From: Octopus vulgaris
Lineage: Eukaryota
Direction: 5' to 3'
Length of the DNA: 64,000 nucleotides
Assembly: GCA_951406725.2 (NCBI GenBank)
Contig: OX597836.1
Coordinates: forward strand, 6,200,001 to 6,264,000
Shown here one piece after another: positions 1-16,575 of this stretch (the stretch's first letter is position 1; every line of letters begins with the position of its first letter). The notes beneath the pieces were generated by a model that worked only from the letters and a program-made list of their open reading frames with translations, was not told the DNA's origin and ran no database searches. The translations under genes and the position numbers were made by a program.

Positions 1-692
1 TATATCTATATATATATATATGTGTGTGTATGTATGTATGTATGTATGTATGTATGTATGTATGTATGTATATGTATGTATATATACATATGGAAAGTGG
101 CAAAGTGGCAACCTATGCGATCGATCATAAAAAAACAATAGACAGTATAGATTTATTAATCGATCCGTTGATTCGTATAAGTTTGGTAAGACAAGGTCAT
201 CATATCGATCGATGGAATCACGTTCATCGTAATTTTCGGAGTCAATCAAGAGCGAAAGAGGTATTCATATACAATCAGTCGGGGTCACATAAAGCGTGAG
301 AGATCATATGCATCACGTGATAAGGTTTTGTTTTGCTGTTGTTGTTGTTGTTGTTGCTGTTGATTCGAGCTTTATGTATTTTTGTATAATCGATTGTGTT
401 TTTTTGTTACCAATCAAGGAACCATATAGCGACATCATAAACGAACACAGACCAAGTATATGGAGCGCAATGTATTGATCTGTAGATCACGTGTTGCATG
501 TATCGGCATGTCGTTAACGATCAGGGCAATTCTCATCACCAAATCAACAATTTTTTCAACACACTCATACATCCACACACACACACACAACACACACACC
601 AACACACACACACATATATATATATTTATGTACCCACATACATAATATGCATGTACATACATTCAATACACCCACACATATATTTAAGTATA

Positions 693-791
<99 letters not shown>

Positions 792-954
792 CTATATACA
801 TATGCGTGTATATATATATATATATATATATATATGATTACATCAGCTACAAAAACATGTTTTTTAAATTTTAAATATTTTAATGAATTATAATATATGG
901 AGATAAAAAAAATTGTTATATTTTAAAAAATGCAAGGACAATTACCGCACAAGT

Positions 955-1001
955 ATGATGATGATGATGATGATGATGATGTAGATGATGATGATGACGA
1001 C

Positions 1002-1039
<38 letters not shown>

Positions 1040-1348
1040 CGATGATGATGATAAGCATAAATACTAAACAAATATTAAATCACTCATAACGTTAATAATA
1101 ACTATAGTAAATGCGTATGGTTAATGACAGTAATCAACATTATTAGCATTTTTATAAAGATTATTATCAGTAGTCGTTTAGTAGTAGTAGTAGCAGCAGT
1201 AGTAGTAGTAGCAGCAGTAGTGGTAGTGGTTGTGGTGGTTCTGTGGTAGCTTTAACAATAAAGTATATTCAAAATAATAATAACAACAACAACAATAACA
1301 ATAATAATAATAACCATAATAATAATAATGATAATAATAATAATAATG

Positions 1349-1394
<46 letters not shown>

Positions 1395-1417
1395 TAATAA
1401 TAATAATAATGATGTTG

Positions 1418-1457
<40 letters not shown>

Positions 1458-1459
1458 TG

Positions 1460-1497
<38 letters not shown>

Positions 1498-1764
1498 TTT
1501 CTAAATATGAAGTAATACAAATAATGTACAATATAGTCATATAATTATGAATATAGTTGTTATTATTTGTATTATCATAATAATTGTTGTTATCATTATT
1601 ATTATTGTGGTTGTTACTTCTATCATAATTATGACTATTGACATTGGTGTTGTTATTATTATTATTATCATCATCATTATTATTATTATTATCAATGTCA
1701 TTATTATTATTATTTACTACTACTATATTATCATTATTTATTATTATTATAATTATTATTTATT

Positions 1765-1840
<76 letters not shown>

Positions 1841-2457
1841 TTATTATTAACAGCATTGCTGTTATCAAGGTCGTTGTCACCGTTATTATCATTCTCATAA
1901 TGATCATGGTCAGTGTTACAGTGTTTGATAATGCTCTTTTTATGATAGGATATTGCAAGTAATATAGACTGTCAAAAAACAAAGCCAGCCTGCGAAAGGC
2001 ATGCTCACCACCACATCATCTCACATATAAAGTAAAATCATACACGTCCTGTTTACTTTTCTCGATATCATCTTCATTATCAACATTTCATTTTTCTGTT
2101 GTTTTTTTTTCCACTATTAATATTACTTATCGTAATCATTATTATTATTAGTAGTAGTAGTAGTAGTATTAGTATTATTATTACTACCATTACTTAAGGC
2201 GGCAAGCTGATAGAATCGTTAGCTTAGCCCGGCAAAATGCCTAGCAATATTTCGTCCGTCTTTTTACCTTTTGAATTCACATTCCGCCGAGGTTGACTTT
2301 GCCTTTCATCCTTCCGGGGTCGATAAAACAAATACCAGTTGAATACTGGGGTCGTTATAATCGACTTACCCCTTCCCTCGAAACTTGCTGGCCTTGTGCC
2401 AAAATTATTATTTTTTTTTATTCATTCATTTTTATTAGTAGTAGTACCATTATCTCA

Positions 2458-2490
<33 letters not shown>

Positions 2491-2522
2491 TATTCATTCA
2501 TATTTATTAGTAGTATCATTAT

Positions 2523-2570
<48 letters not shown>

Positions 2571-3072
2571 GTTGTTGTTGTTATTGTTGTTGTTGTTATT
2601 ATTATTACATGAACAGTGTATGATAATATTGGTAGTAATCATGGTAAAAACGGTAAAAATTAATGAATATACTCGTAATTATAACGACCATGAAGACGAG
2701 GTAATATTAAGGAGCTATGTTAATGATGATGATGATGATAAGTATCATGATGAGGAGAAGGAGGAGGTGGAAGAGGGGGAGGAAAGCATTTGCTTCGGTG
2801 TAATAAGTTGTGTTGAAATTTACTTGTGTAACATCAGCAAAGTATAGCATTCATGGTGTTCTTGATTGCGAGAATGATGATGATGTTGGTGGTGACGTCG
2901 ACGACGACAATGACGATGATGATGATGATGATGATGAGTTTGATGACGGTAAAGAAGAATTTGTCGATTAAGCATATAGCAACATCAGAGCTTAGTTGAT
3001 GACGATGATTATAAAAAGTGAAGGTGAAGAAGAGGTTTTGACAATAACAACAACAACAGCAACAACAAAACC

Positions 3073-3119
<47 letters not shown>

Positions 3120-3199
3120 TAATAATAATAATAATAATAATAAAAATAATTATTATTATAATAATAATAATAATAATGATAATAATAATAATAAAATAT

Positions 3200-3262
<63 letters not shown>

Positions 3263-3498
3263 TATAATAATAAAAATAATAATTATTATTATTATTGTTA
3301 TAATAATAATAATAACGGTGCTGCTGATGGGAAGATGGGGAAGGGGAGATGGTTGTGGCTGAGTAAGATTTGTGGAGGAAGAGGTGTAAGAGGTGGAGGA
3401 AGAGGAGTAAGAGGTGGAGGGAAAGGAAGAAGTGTGAGGGTATTGATATTCGTGGCGATGATGATAACGACGATGACATAATAATGACGATGATGGTG

Positions 3499-3541
<43 letters not shown>

Positions 3542-3560
3542 CGATGATGATGACGACGAC
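955..3560. repeat. Dense trinucleotide microsatellite field: (GAT)n, (TAA)n, (ATT)n, (GTA)n
   Basis: Read directly. Source of the poly-N/I/Y/L ORFs. Confidence 0.95.
2197..2402 (+). mobile_element. SINE family A copy
   Basis: Same head and body as 42175-42412, ending in (ATT)n. Confidence 0.85.
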
Positions 3561-3671
3561 GATGCAAATGACTGCTTCGTCAACTCAAATGCTTTAATAT
3601 TTTCGCTGTGTCCGTCCTCTGACAAATATATCCTCTTCACATAAAGCTAATTTTTGAATAAAACGTTTCTT

Positions 3672-3718
<47 letters not shown>

Positions 3719-3840
3719 CATGAGGAAAGAAAATAAGGCAAAGAATGGAAAGGAGAAGGCGAAAGTGAGTGTAAAAGTATAAGAATGACGCATTGTCAAA
3801 TGTGTATTAGACGCACATAAACATACACACACACATTTAT

Positions 3841-3892
<52 letters not shown>

Positions 3893-3953
3893 TACATACA
3901 TATGTATATCTTTAATAGATATATAGATATGTATATATTCATGCATATCTATG

Positions 3954-4005
<52 letters not shown>

Positions 4006-4747
4006 CACATATATATATACATATATACATATGTATATGTATAATAGAAATATACATATATATATACATATATATATATATATATTCACGTATGTATATA
4101 TATATATACATATATATATGTATATATATATACATATGTATATATGTATGTATGTATGCCTGTATGTATGTATGTATGTATGTATGTATGTATGTATGTA
4201 TGTATGTATGTATGTATGTATGTATGTATGTATGTATGAATTATGTATATATGTATGTATGGTAATAACGCGCCCATTTCGAATATATCACAATTTTTTA
4301 TAAATTGTTGAACAAAGCTAAAATTATTATCATTTCGGTACAAAAATGCCATAGTCATAGGCCTAACGTATGACGAATATTTACAGCAGCAAACCAACAA
4401 GAATTTATATGGCAATAATTTTTCCTGCGTATGTCGTTTCCTAACAATCCAGCAATCTCACAGGTTTGCTGCGCCTTGCGTGGAATGAGGAATTAAACTT
4501 TTAATGGAATTATACATGGGTGGTGTTGTTAGATATGGCGCGTTTTGCGAATCAAAGCCTAATAAAGATCATCCTTTTCCAGTATCTAACAAGCCACTGT
4601 TCAACGCATGATGGCTCTCTCGTTCTCTCGTCTAAAATCTCCAGTGATATATACATATATGTGTGTGTGTGTACTGTAAATAAGAATGATTATAATTATA
4701 AGCTTAAAGTATGATCTGTAGAGATAGCTTATAAAATGATTTAATTG

Positions 4748-4842
<95 letters not shown>

Positions 4843-5020
4843 TTTCATATTTTTTATATTGTGATGTAATTCTTTGGTCTAACAATGTTTGCGGCTGAAG
4901 AGAGCTTTAAACCATCTTTTATATCAATTATACACTGATATAATAACGGATTGTTTATAAAGCTTGAAACACGTGCACCGCGATATCCTTTGTATTCTGT
5001 TTTTAATTTTATTTGATATT

Positions 5021-5082
<62 letters not shown>

Positions 5083-6042
5083 CATGGGTGCTTTGTATGT
5101 GTAAATATTATTTTGGTCGTAGTCGCCTGAATTCGATCCCTTGTAAAGGAGGGCAAGTAACCAGCTTCAGGACAATCGTTTCTCACGTTTTCTAAGACAG
5201 ACACAGCATACATGCATATATGTATATATATATATATATGTATGTATGTGTGTATGTGTGTGCGTGTGTGTATGTCATATATATATATAGATGGATAGAT
5301 AGATACATCTATATATATATATACATATATATGTATATGTATATATATATGTATATATATATGTATGTATATATATGTATATATATACACTGACACACGC
5401 ACCGCACGCACACACACACACACTGTAGTGACACATAGCACAATATTGTATACCGTGGTATCATGTACAGGATTATAGCTCTAGTCCAGTTGTCCAGTAT
5501 GATGATGTTCCAGCCAAAAGCATTTGGATAGAGATATAAAAACCTGCAGATTCTATTTCCACGTGTAAGACGTTCAATTAATTAATCTTGTCATCGTCGA
5601 TATCGACGTAGAATCGATATATTTTTATATGTATATTTTTGTGAATTAGTTCATTACAACTGCCATAAATTCATCTCAACATATTTAGTCTCCTACTGAC
5701 AAAAAAAAATCCTTTTAATGTTATCATCACTGCTGTCATCACCCACGTTATTATCATAAACAATCCTTAAAAAGAAAAAAAAAACAATATTTCATAACAA
5801 TAATAATGAAAATAATAAAAATAATGATAATAATAATGAAATGGAAAATATGTGGTGGGGAGGGTTATCCGTTTGTAAGTATCGATCCATGCATATGTGT
5901 GTATGTATGTTTGAATGCATATACACATATACACATACGCTGCCTAAATTTACATGTGTTCATATCAAGGTTTACACTGGTTCTGCCTCCTGAGAAGCAA
6001 AATATATGAATCCTTTATTTGTCTGTACACACACACACACAG

Positions 6043-6085
<43 letters not shown>

Positions 6086-6741
6086 CCATGTGCGTATATG
6101 TATATACATTTACGTATGTGTGAATGTACGCACGCGTTATGTCTTTAAAAAAACATTGTGTTTTGTGCTTTTATCATTTGCACCAATGACTTTTTCCTGT
6201 ATTTTCGAATGAGTTCCTTTTAGGGCATTTAGAAATTTAGACGGTTAAAGGCTTGGAATTCGCTTTTGGGTCTTCATATTCTCTTCAGATTGATGTGATA
6301 CTGGCGTTTATTGCTGCTGATTTGTGTAGTTCGCAGGCTCAATATCTTAGTTATTAGTTATTAGCGCCGAATTTTATTTCAATTTCGATCATTCAACGTT
6401 AGTCTATCGTCAGTCAAATGTATATTATTTTAAGCAGGCGTACGTTTATGTGTGATGGACCTGTTACATGAGTATTTATTTGTTATGAGTAATGCTTCCA
6501 TTATTTATGTTCTTTATTTGTAACAAATTTTGTTGGATATAGACGAGCTGCTCACTAGTGTTTCCTCTTAAGTTTTTTTTTTTTAAATATTGCTTGGTGT
6601 AGCGCACCGCAGTTACGCATTGCTGTATGTGCATGGTAAACCTGTAGAAAAGTGTCGTGAATGTATGGCCATGAAATCTTTCGGAGCCGGGACGTTTACG
6701 GCTTTCCCGTTTGCTATGGAATTTATCATATATGTATGCGC

Positions 6742-6778
<37 letters not shown>

Positions 6779-8532
6779 AGAGAGAGAGAGAGAAAGAGAA
6801 AGGGAGAGAGACAAGGAATAAAAGAAAGAAGGAAACTTCAACGAAAGAGAACGCCACAGTTGTACACATCATAAAAATATATGAAGTTACTTTCAAACCA
6901 AAACACTACGTCCATAGGTATGTATGCGTGCAGTAGAGTGGGACCCCGTTAGAAGGTGATCGATAGACATATGGTAATGGCGACTACAGAGATTACTAAG
7001 TTTATTTTAGTTACTGTAATAAAATTTCTACTGCTGCTGCTGATATGGCTGACACGGCTTGTGTTTTACAGCGTAGATGGCGCTGTAGCTTCAAATCTTC
7101 TAATTCGACATTGTCATTTATCAAACTAGATTGAATTTTTTTTTAAATCTATCAATCCTGATGTGTGGCCGATGCCGTATGTATTATTTCATCCATGCTG
7201 GAAATTATTACGAGGAATTGGTTGCAGCTTTGACAGAATCGTAGGTGGTTCAGCCAAAATGTTTTTCGATAATTAAAAGTAATCTGCCATCTGAGTTCGA
7301 ATCCGGCTTAGGCCCGATAACCAAAATCGTCCGCACCATGGAAACAGCAACATTGTGCACTAGTTAGAACTCGTAATCATTACGAAAACCTGTACTAGTA
7401 GCATAGTAGTTAACTTTTAAACGCCTTAGTCAAAGGAAGATGGTAAAGCCCCAAACCTCTCCTTAACTGGGCATCAAAGACAGGTTGAAGTAACGGATAA
7501 AAAAGGAACATCTGAAGAGAGTGCCACATTTGGAAACAGCACGTGGAGATATGTATGTATACTTATTTGTTATGAGTAATGCTTCCATTATCAATCGCCT
7601 ACATTTGTTACAAATTTTATTTGATATAGACGAAACAGCACGTGAATATATATTGTTACCTTCAAAATTGATACTGGGTCCGTAGGCACGCAGGAGAATA
7701 GAACCCCGTTAAAGACGACCGGTGTTTGTTGGGATGATGACGGTGGAGAAATGTTATAGAACTAATGAAATTTATCTTACTGTAATAAAACCACTGCTGC
7801 TGTTACTTCTATGGTTGTTACTGGGTTACATGGTGTAGGACTTGATTAAGAACCAGCAAATTTTGTGAACCCACAACTGGCCCTCAATTTCTACTTAGCG
7901 CATATAAATAGTATCTCGAGTTTTTCGACATGTAGGGAGGTTAATTGGCGTATGCTTGGGTTTCATGGTGTATGTGTGACCGAGATGACATTACCTCCTA
8001 TGAAAGGGAGCCCACTCCGTCGCAGGGTTACTTATTTGCAGCTGGGTGGACTGGAGCAATATGAAATGAAATGTTTTGCTCAAATGCTCTAGAATTCGAC
8101 TCACCGACTAGTCCGAGAATCGAAACCACGATGTTGAGATCGTGAGCGCAACACTAACCTCTACGTTACGAGCCTTACCGTTTGGATTTCTATGGTTGCT
8201 TTGGTACATTCACGCTGATTCTACGTGTGGCGAAAAACTATGGCATTTCACAAACTGCATCTCTTTCGCATTATATATGCATATTGAAGGCGGTCTGAGT
8301 TCACATTCCGCCGTTGGTCGACTTTGCCTGTCATCCTTTCTGGGTCGATAGAAATAAGTACCAGTTGAAGACTAGGGTCGATGTAATCGACTCATCCACT
8401 TGCCCCAAATTTGTGCCCTTGTGGCAAAGTTCGATACTATTATATATGCATATATATACATACAACATACAGACATACATTCATATATATATATGCATAC
8501 ATATATATTACACGCACACACATACATACAAG

Positions 8533-8578
<46 letters not shown>

Positions 8579-8650
8579 CAGCTTTGACTGGGTCATTTCA
8601 CTTTGCCTTTCGGCTTATTCAGTCAATGTGTCTGTGTATGTGCTGTTGTT

Positions 8651-8687
<37 letters not shown>

Positions 8688-8800
8688 AAAGAGAGAGTGA
8701 TTGAATGTGTGTCCCTATGCTTGTTTGTAACTGAATCCAACAAAAGTTTAAAGATTTTTATACACACATACATATATACATATTTATATATATAGGTATA

Positions 8801-8857
<57 letters not shown>

Positions 8858-8865
8858 GTATATAG

Positions 8866-8896
<31 letters not shown>

Positions 8897-9216
8897 GGAG
8901 GGGGGTACAAATATATACACAAACATACACACATGTTTGGATGTGTGCAGTGTTGTTTGTTTTTTTAAGAAGAATGAATTGAGGAATGAGTTTATTAGAT
9001 TAATTACAAGTGATATAATCAACATCATCATCATCATCACCGTTGTCCTCATCGTCGTCGTCGTTGTCATCATCATCATCCTCATCATCATCATTCTCAT
9101 CATCATCATCAGAATCCCAAGTTTCCTCATCATACTCCGCCACAATAGCTATTTGGCCATTGTGATTTTCTCGAGGGTAGACCAATATATTGTTATAAAG
9201 ACTGCTTCTAATGTTG

Positions 9217-9258
<42 letters not shown>

Positions 9259-9981
9259 GTGATGCTACTTCTTCTTCTTCTCGTAATTGGCTCCATCATA
9301 GTTTTGGTGAAGATAATATCTCTTAAATCACTTTCATTTGCCGAAGAGTTGGAACACTGGAACCAGACGAACTTTATTGATTTGTTTTTGTTTTTATTTT
9401 GTATTAGTTTTCTTTTATTTTATGATTTTTATCTTGCTTTTAGTAACAGCCCTACGTATTTTGAGTTCAAAATTCGCCGAAGATGAATCTTACCTTTCAT
9501 ACTTCCACGGAATTCGATTATATATATATATATATATATACATACGGTACTAGTCAACTACTAAGAACGATGAATCACCTGTACAACCATCCACCCTCGC
9601 TCTAATTCCCTTAATTTTGAAGCCCTACCCCTCCCCTCACTCGTTTTGGGCCATCGTTATCACCATCATCTTCCAAATCAACATCAGGGTGGTATTTATC
9701 TTGATGGTGAGTGCCATAGAGAGAAAAAACAAAAACAAAAAAAGAAATTTAAGAAATGAAACACAAATGAAAATAGAATTTTGAAAATAAAGTTAGCGCC
9801 CGGTGAGAAGAGTTGCGTCCGGTGCACGATTTCAATATCCGGTCAAAATTAGTTCACATCTCTTGCGTCGTTTCATTCTTGTTTGGAAAGGCATAAGTGC
9901 CCTCACAGCACCTCCTGTACCTCTTTACCAATAATGTTTTTGTTGGCATTGTATCCAGCGCACAGATCTGTAATTATCGTT

Positions 9982-10013
<32 letters not shown>

Positions 10014-10024
10014 TAACAAATTAG

Positions 10025-10320
10025 TGGAGTGTGGCAGAACTGTTAGAGCGTCGGGTTAAAAAGTACTTTCTGGTAATTCTTCCGTCTCTCTAGGTTCTGA
10101 GTTCATATCGTACCATGGTTAATTTGCCTTTCATACCCGGCCCCGGGGGTCGATGAAATAAAGTACCATTTAAATACTGGGGTCGATGTAATCGATTAAC
10201 CTCCCAAAAATTGCTGGCGCTGTGCCAAAATTAGAAAAAATTATTACTATTATTATTATTGTTATTATCGTTACCATTATTATTATTATTGTTATTATTA
10301 TTATTATTACTATTATTATA

Positions 10321-10374
<54 letters not shown>

Positions 10375-10758
10375 TTAATTGTTTGTAACATAGGCACAAG
10401 GAAAGCAATTTTGAAGGGAGGAAATAAGTTGCTCTACTTGACTTGTACTTTATTCATCGACCCCCCACCACCACCACCACCAGAGGGGGGAGCAAAATTA
10501 ATGCCACCCGCGGTCAACCTTGCTTTTCGTTCACCAATGAAATATAGTAAGAGACAAGTATGACGGTCCACGTGATTGACTAATGCCCCAAACCTCAGAA
10601 TTGTTGGCCTTGTGTCTCAATAAAAAATAAAACAAGGTAGACTTTGCTATTCATCCTGTTGAGATCGATGAAATAAGTACCAGTTGAGCACTGGGGTCGA
10701 TGGAATCGACTAGAACTCTCCTTGAAAAATTTGAGGCCTTGTGTCTGTGGTAGAAAGA

Positions 10759-10805
<47 letters not shown>

Positions 10806-11026
10806 AGGCGGTGGGCTGGCAGAATCGTTAGCACGCAGGACAAAATGCTTAGCGGGATTTCGTCTTCCTCTACGTTCTGATTTCAAATTCCACCGGGGTC
10901 GACTTTGCCTTTCATCCTTTCGGGGTCGATAAATTAAGTACCAGTGAAACACTGGGGTCGATGTAATCTCCTCCCTCAAGCTGCTGCTCTTGTGGCAAAA
11001 TTTGAAATCATCATTATTACTATTAT

Positions 11027-11088
<62 letters not shown>

Positions 11089-11190
11089 CTTCCGGTGTTG
11101 ATGATAGTGTCAAGTACCAGTCATATGTTGTGGGCGAATTAACTGACTATGCGCCGCGCTCCAAATTTGTGGCCTTGCGCCAGTGTTAGA
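10025..11190 (+). mobile_element. Cluster of SINE family A copies separated by (ATT)n
   Basis: Copies at about 10025-10235, 10505-10760, 10806-11008 (best preserved) and 11110-11190. Confidence 0.8.
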
Positions 11191-11271
11191 GGTATCACTA
11201 TTAAATCTAACAATTACCATTATTATTATTATAATATCTGTTATTGTTATTACTATTACTACTACTACTAC

Positions 11272-11337
<66 letters not shown>

Positions 11338-11846
11338 CATAAACGTCATTATCACCATCAAGACAATTATCATCTTTTTTTTTTCTAAAAAAAATTTTTT
11401 GTCAAACGAAAAGAAAAAAAAATCTGATGTTATTTAATGAAACAATTTTCAAGTTTGTAAGTGGCAATATATTTTGACTGAATTTTGCGATAAAACTCCC
11501 CAATCCCATTTCAAAAAGAGTAAAAAAAATAAAGACAAAAACTACCAATTTTTTTAGTTTGAATTTTTAGATTAATTCTCTCTGCCTCTCTCTCCTCACT
11601 CTAGAATCACATTTTTGTGACATTTTTATTAAACGAGAGATCGAGAGAGAGAGAGTAACAGCGAGCAAGCGCAAAAGAGCAAGAGGAGAAGAGCCTGTAT
11701 ATATATATATATAAATACATATATATATACATATATATATATACATATATAAATATACATATATATATATACATATATATATATACATATATATATATAT
11801 ATGCACACATACACATACATAATTTTCTGTACTAATATACAGTTTC

Positions 11847-11907
<61 letters not shown>

Positions 11908-11982
11908 GAATATATATATATGAGTGTGCATGTGTGTATATGTATGTGTACATAACTAATATATATTTACATATATATACGC

Positions 11983-12079
<97 letters not shown>

Positions 12080-12512
12080 CATGTCAATGTATATAATTAA
12101 AAATTTACTAACAAAAAATGCATTTTAAAAAACATAATGAATGCTGGTATATAGCATACATTTGTACGTCAATTTAGATTAATGTATATACATATACATA
12201 TATATATATATGCATATATATACATATATAAAAGATATATATGCGAGCGTATGTGTGTGTGTGTTTATATGTATGTGTGTATATTGGCATAACATGAGTT
12301 TAATTTTTAAGACGAAATGAATTTGAATTTGAAAAAGAATATTAAAAAAAATTGCGACAAGACGAGACGGAAAGCAACACTTTTTGTTTGCTGGAGATAA
12401 AAAAAAAAAAAAGACACAGCTAACTTCATCCATTTTACCGCTGAGGGGATTCTCCCTCTAACATTGTCAATATTTGATGACACCAAATTTTTAAGATAAA
12501 AATAAAAAAAAG

Positions 12513-12565
<53 letters not shown>

Positions 12566-12844
12566 TATACATATATATAATCCCCCCTAAATCCCACGAA
12601 AAAAAATTATAATATTAACTAATTTGATTTTTAAAAAAATTTCATTTTCTCCTACAGAAGGAAATTAAGATGTTTATTTGTTTAATTTTTTTTGTTGATT
12701 TTTAGGGTAAATGAACCTAAAATTCTAAGTTATATAAAAACTGTTGGTTGACAAGCGAATCGACAAGAATCAATACTTATATGGTTTGTATATAAGTATC
12801 ATGTATTCATTATATATGCATATATAAACATTTTTTGTGTGTGT

Positions 12845-12907
<63 letters not shown>

Positions 12908-12991
12908 TATGTATGTACATATATGTATATACATATACATATATCTACTTACATATATATATTATATATAAGTATATATATATATACATAC

Positions 12992-13087
<96 letters not shown>

Positions 13088-14904
13088 TTTTAGACCAATC
13101 TATATTTATTTATTCTTTCGTTGTATCTAATTGCAAAGGAACTTTTTTGGGACAGTTTAAGATTTTCATGCGCCAAAACTGAACTTTTTTTGATGTGAAA
13201 CGAAAAATCCTGACTAAAAACAAAAAATATAAAAAAAAAACCCATACTTGTTTGGATTGTCATTTCTCATTCTCTTCTCTGTTCTTTTCCCTATTTTAAA
13301 TGCATATTTTGAATGTTCTAGAAGGTAAGTATATTGACAAATTCAACCACTCTTTCAAAGTTTTGTGGGAATTTTACTGTACCAGTCTTATTTTCACAGT
13401 TACATGCGAATGTGAACGTCACTATTGTATTCTAATCATCATTAAAGCCATCGTCAGGATTCGTCGACTCATCGCAAGATACTGAATTATATTCGTGATA
13501 CTATAATGTATAAGCTCACTTGAGCGGGGCTGCTGCCAGTACTGCCTGACTGACCCTCGTGCATCCACTACACTCTTGGAGTGGTTGGCATTAGGAAGTG
13601 CATCCAGCTGTAGATACTCTGCCAGATTAGATTGGAGTCTGGTGCAAGTATCTGGTTCGCCAAATGGAAACGTGGTCTTACTACTGACACACAATCGGTC
13701 ACGACGACGAGGGTTCCAGTCGATCCAATCAACGGAAGTTAACATGCTCGTGAAATGCACGTGCAGGTCGCTGACCACTCCACACACGCATGCCCTTAAC
13801 ATAGTTTTTAGTGATATTCAGCGTGACACAGAACGGAGCAAGTTTGGCCCTTTGAAATACCGGTACAACTCATTCTTGTTAGCCGAATGGACTAAAATAA
13901 AGCGACTCGAAATACAGCATTTTGCTCAAAGATAAAATGCAACACCGGGAAGCGAACTTATGACCTTACGATCATGACATGAATACCCCTAACCCCTTCG
14001 TGACGTGCCTTCACACGTGATCTAACTAGATCTACCGTTATGTACATAATGGTACAAAGATGATTTGTATTTTTACTAGAGCACCGTCAATCTTAGGATC
14101 ATAAGTCCAACACCCTAACCAATGTAGCTTATTTTATTGTTGTTTGTTCCTTCTCGAGCCATGCCTGGCTCATAAGGGCCGGTTTCCCGATTTCGTTGGC
14201 GTATCGATTCCCCACCTGAACGGGACGCCGGTCCGTCGCAGACGAGCTGCTAGATGCAGGAGGAGAGAGTGCGAGAAAGTTGTGGCGAAAGAGTCTACAG
14301 AATTTCGCCGTTACCTTCTGCCCGAGCCGCGTGGAGCTGAGGTGTTTTGCTCATAAGTGCTCATATCGCCCGGTCTCAGATTCGAATCCGCGATCCCTCG
14401 ACTGCGAGACTGCTCCTTTAACCCCTTGGAGGAATGACACTATCATACTTCGAAAGTTTAAATAATCTTCTGGAAAGCAAATCGAACTTCTGAAAAATAA
14501 GGCAGCACGAAAGTGTCAAGACTGGAGCCTTTACAGCCTTGCTTGATCTGCTAGAAATAGCATCAAAATTTCTCTCAAATCACGTAACTGAAGAACACAC
14601 TGGACAACTTAATCATAATTGCTCCCCAAAGCACGGAACTTTTACGACTGGAGTGTCTTTGGTCAGAGTTCAACTTCACCAGAGACGTCCTGATCAACAA
14701 AAACAAAATATTTTCTGTCTGTGTATTCAAGTCGTTTTGTCTTCTCTTTCCGTTATTTACAGAGCTGTACCAGTAATACTTTCGGATCGTTTTGTATGGT
14801 TGTATGCTCTCATTTACAAACCAACGACCATAAACTGCCAGTGTTAATTGGTTAATTAATCAGATAATATTTCGCATTAATTAAACTGTTCTATTTTCTA
14901 ATAG

Positions 14905-15118
14905 AATTGGTGAGATGGCAGAACTGTTTGCACGTCAGGTAAAATGCTCAGTTGCATTTCTTCGGCATTTACATTCTGGGTTCAAATTCCGCCGAGGTCG
15001 ACTTTGCCTTTCATCCTTTCGGGATCAATTAAATAAGTACCAGTTGAGTATTGGGGTCGATATAATTGACTTACCTCCTACTACGAAATTTTTGGCGTTG
15101 TTCCAAAATTTAAAACCA
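14905..15118 (+). mobile_element. SINE family A copy
   Basis: gttcaaattccgccgaggtcgactttgcctttcatcctttcggg body. Confidence 0.85.
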
Positions 15119-15239
15119 ATATAGCTATCATCCCTTTCAAACACTCCCAAAATACGAAAGAAGCTTCTTTCGGACGAGATCGAAACTGTTTTCCTACAAC
15201 CAATAATAATGTGACCGATTGCAATCCATTTACTGTTAA

Positions 15240-15885
15240 TACGAGATGGTATCGAAAAATTACTGGGGTAGTTCTGTAGCGCATACAACCGTGGGTAGCG
15301 ACCTTCATGAAGCAGTGTACCGAGTGACATTGCTGTGTTTACTTCACAGGTTGTGAAATTTGTGTTTTTGTGATCACGTGTGTCTGCTGTAGTCTGCGAT
15401 TTTTGTCTTTTACAGGAAGTCGGAACAAGGCAATGGTTCGAGCGCAATGTTTCTCATGGCACGGGCGCATGACAGGACCAGAGGTCAATCAAGAGCATCC
15501 TCATCATTTGTGTTTTGTTTTCGACATCCGCAGTATTGTGCATTGAACATTCGTACCCCAGGGCCAGACCGTCAATCGAGAGTTCTACTGCAACGTTTCG
15601 AAGCGTTTGAGGAAGGGCATTTGGCGGAAGCGATCGGATCTGTGGAGCGCGAAGAATTAGATTCTTCTCGGTGACAATATACCCTGTGCCCGAGCACCCC
15701 TCACTCGAGAGTTTCTAGGCAAAAACAGCATGGTATCGCTTCAGCACCCACCCTATTCACCAGATTTAGCAGCTGGAGGGCTCCATCTCTTCCTCAAGAG
15801 GAAAATGCAGCTTAAAGGTCGCCGTTTTAACACTGACGTCGTCGAGATCCAAAGCAAATCGCAGAAGGTCCTTAACTTGCTTATG
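15240..15885 (+). mobile_element. Mariner transposon remnant
   Basis: Begins TACGAG (mariner-type end). Frame 15730 onward gives [10 protein letters not shown]...[14 protein letters not shown] (YSPDLAP motif). Truncated by a (GACA)n tract. Confidence 0.85.
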
Positions 15886-16392
<507 letters not shown>

Positions 16393-16393
16393 T

Positions 16394-16498
<105 letters not shown>

Positions 16499-16558
16499 TT
16501 TGCTATGGTGAAAAAGTTTTTCATTTAGACAATGTGTTAAAACATCATAGTCAGCTCA

Positions 16559-16575
16559 GGGCGCCCTCTGTTGGA
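16559..16575 (-). promoter_or_regulatory. CTCF-like motif CCAACAGAGGGCGCC
   Basis: Close match to the CTCF core CCASYAGRKGGCRS in unique sequence. Function untested. Confidence 0.35.

Noticed and set aside
9790-9970. Possible minus-strand exon in unique GC-richer sequence
   Set aside because: Weak acceptor, short frames and no recognisable protein similarity.
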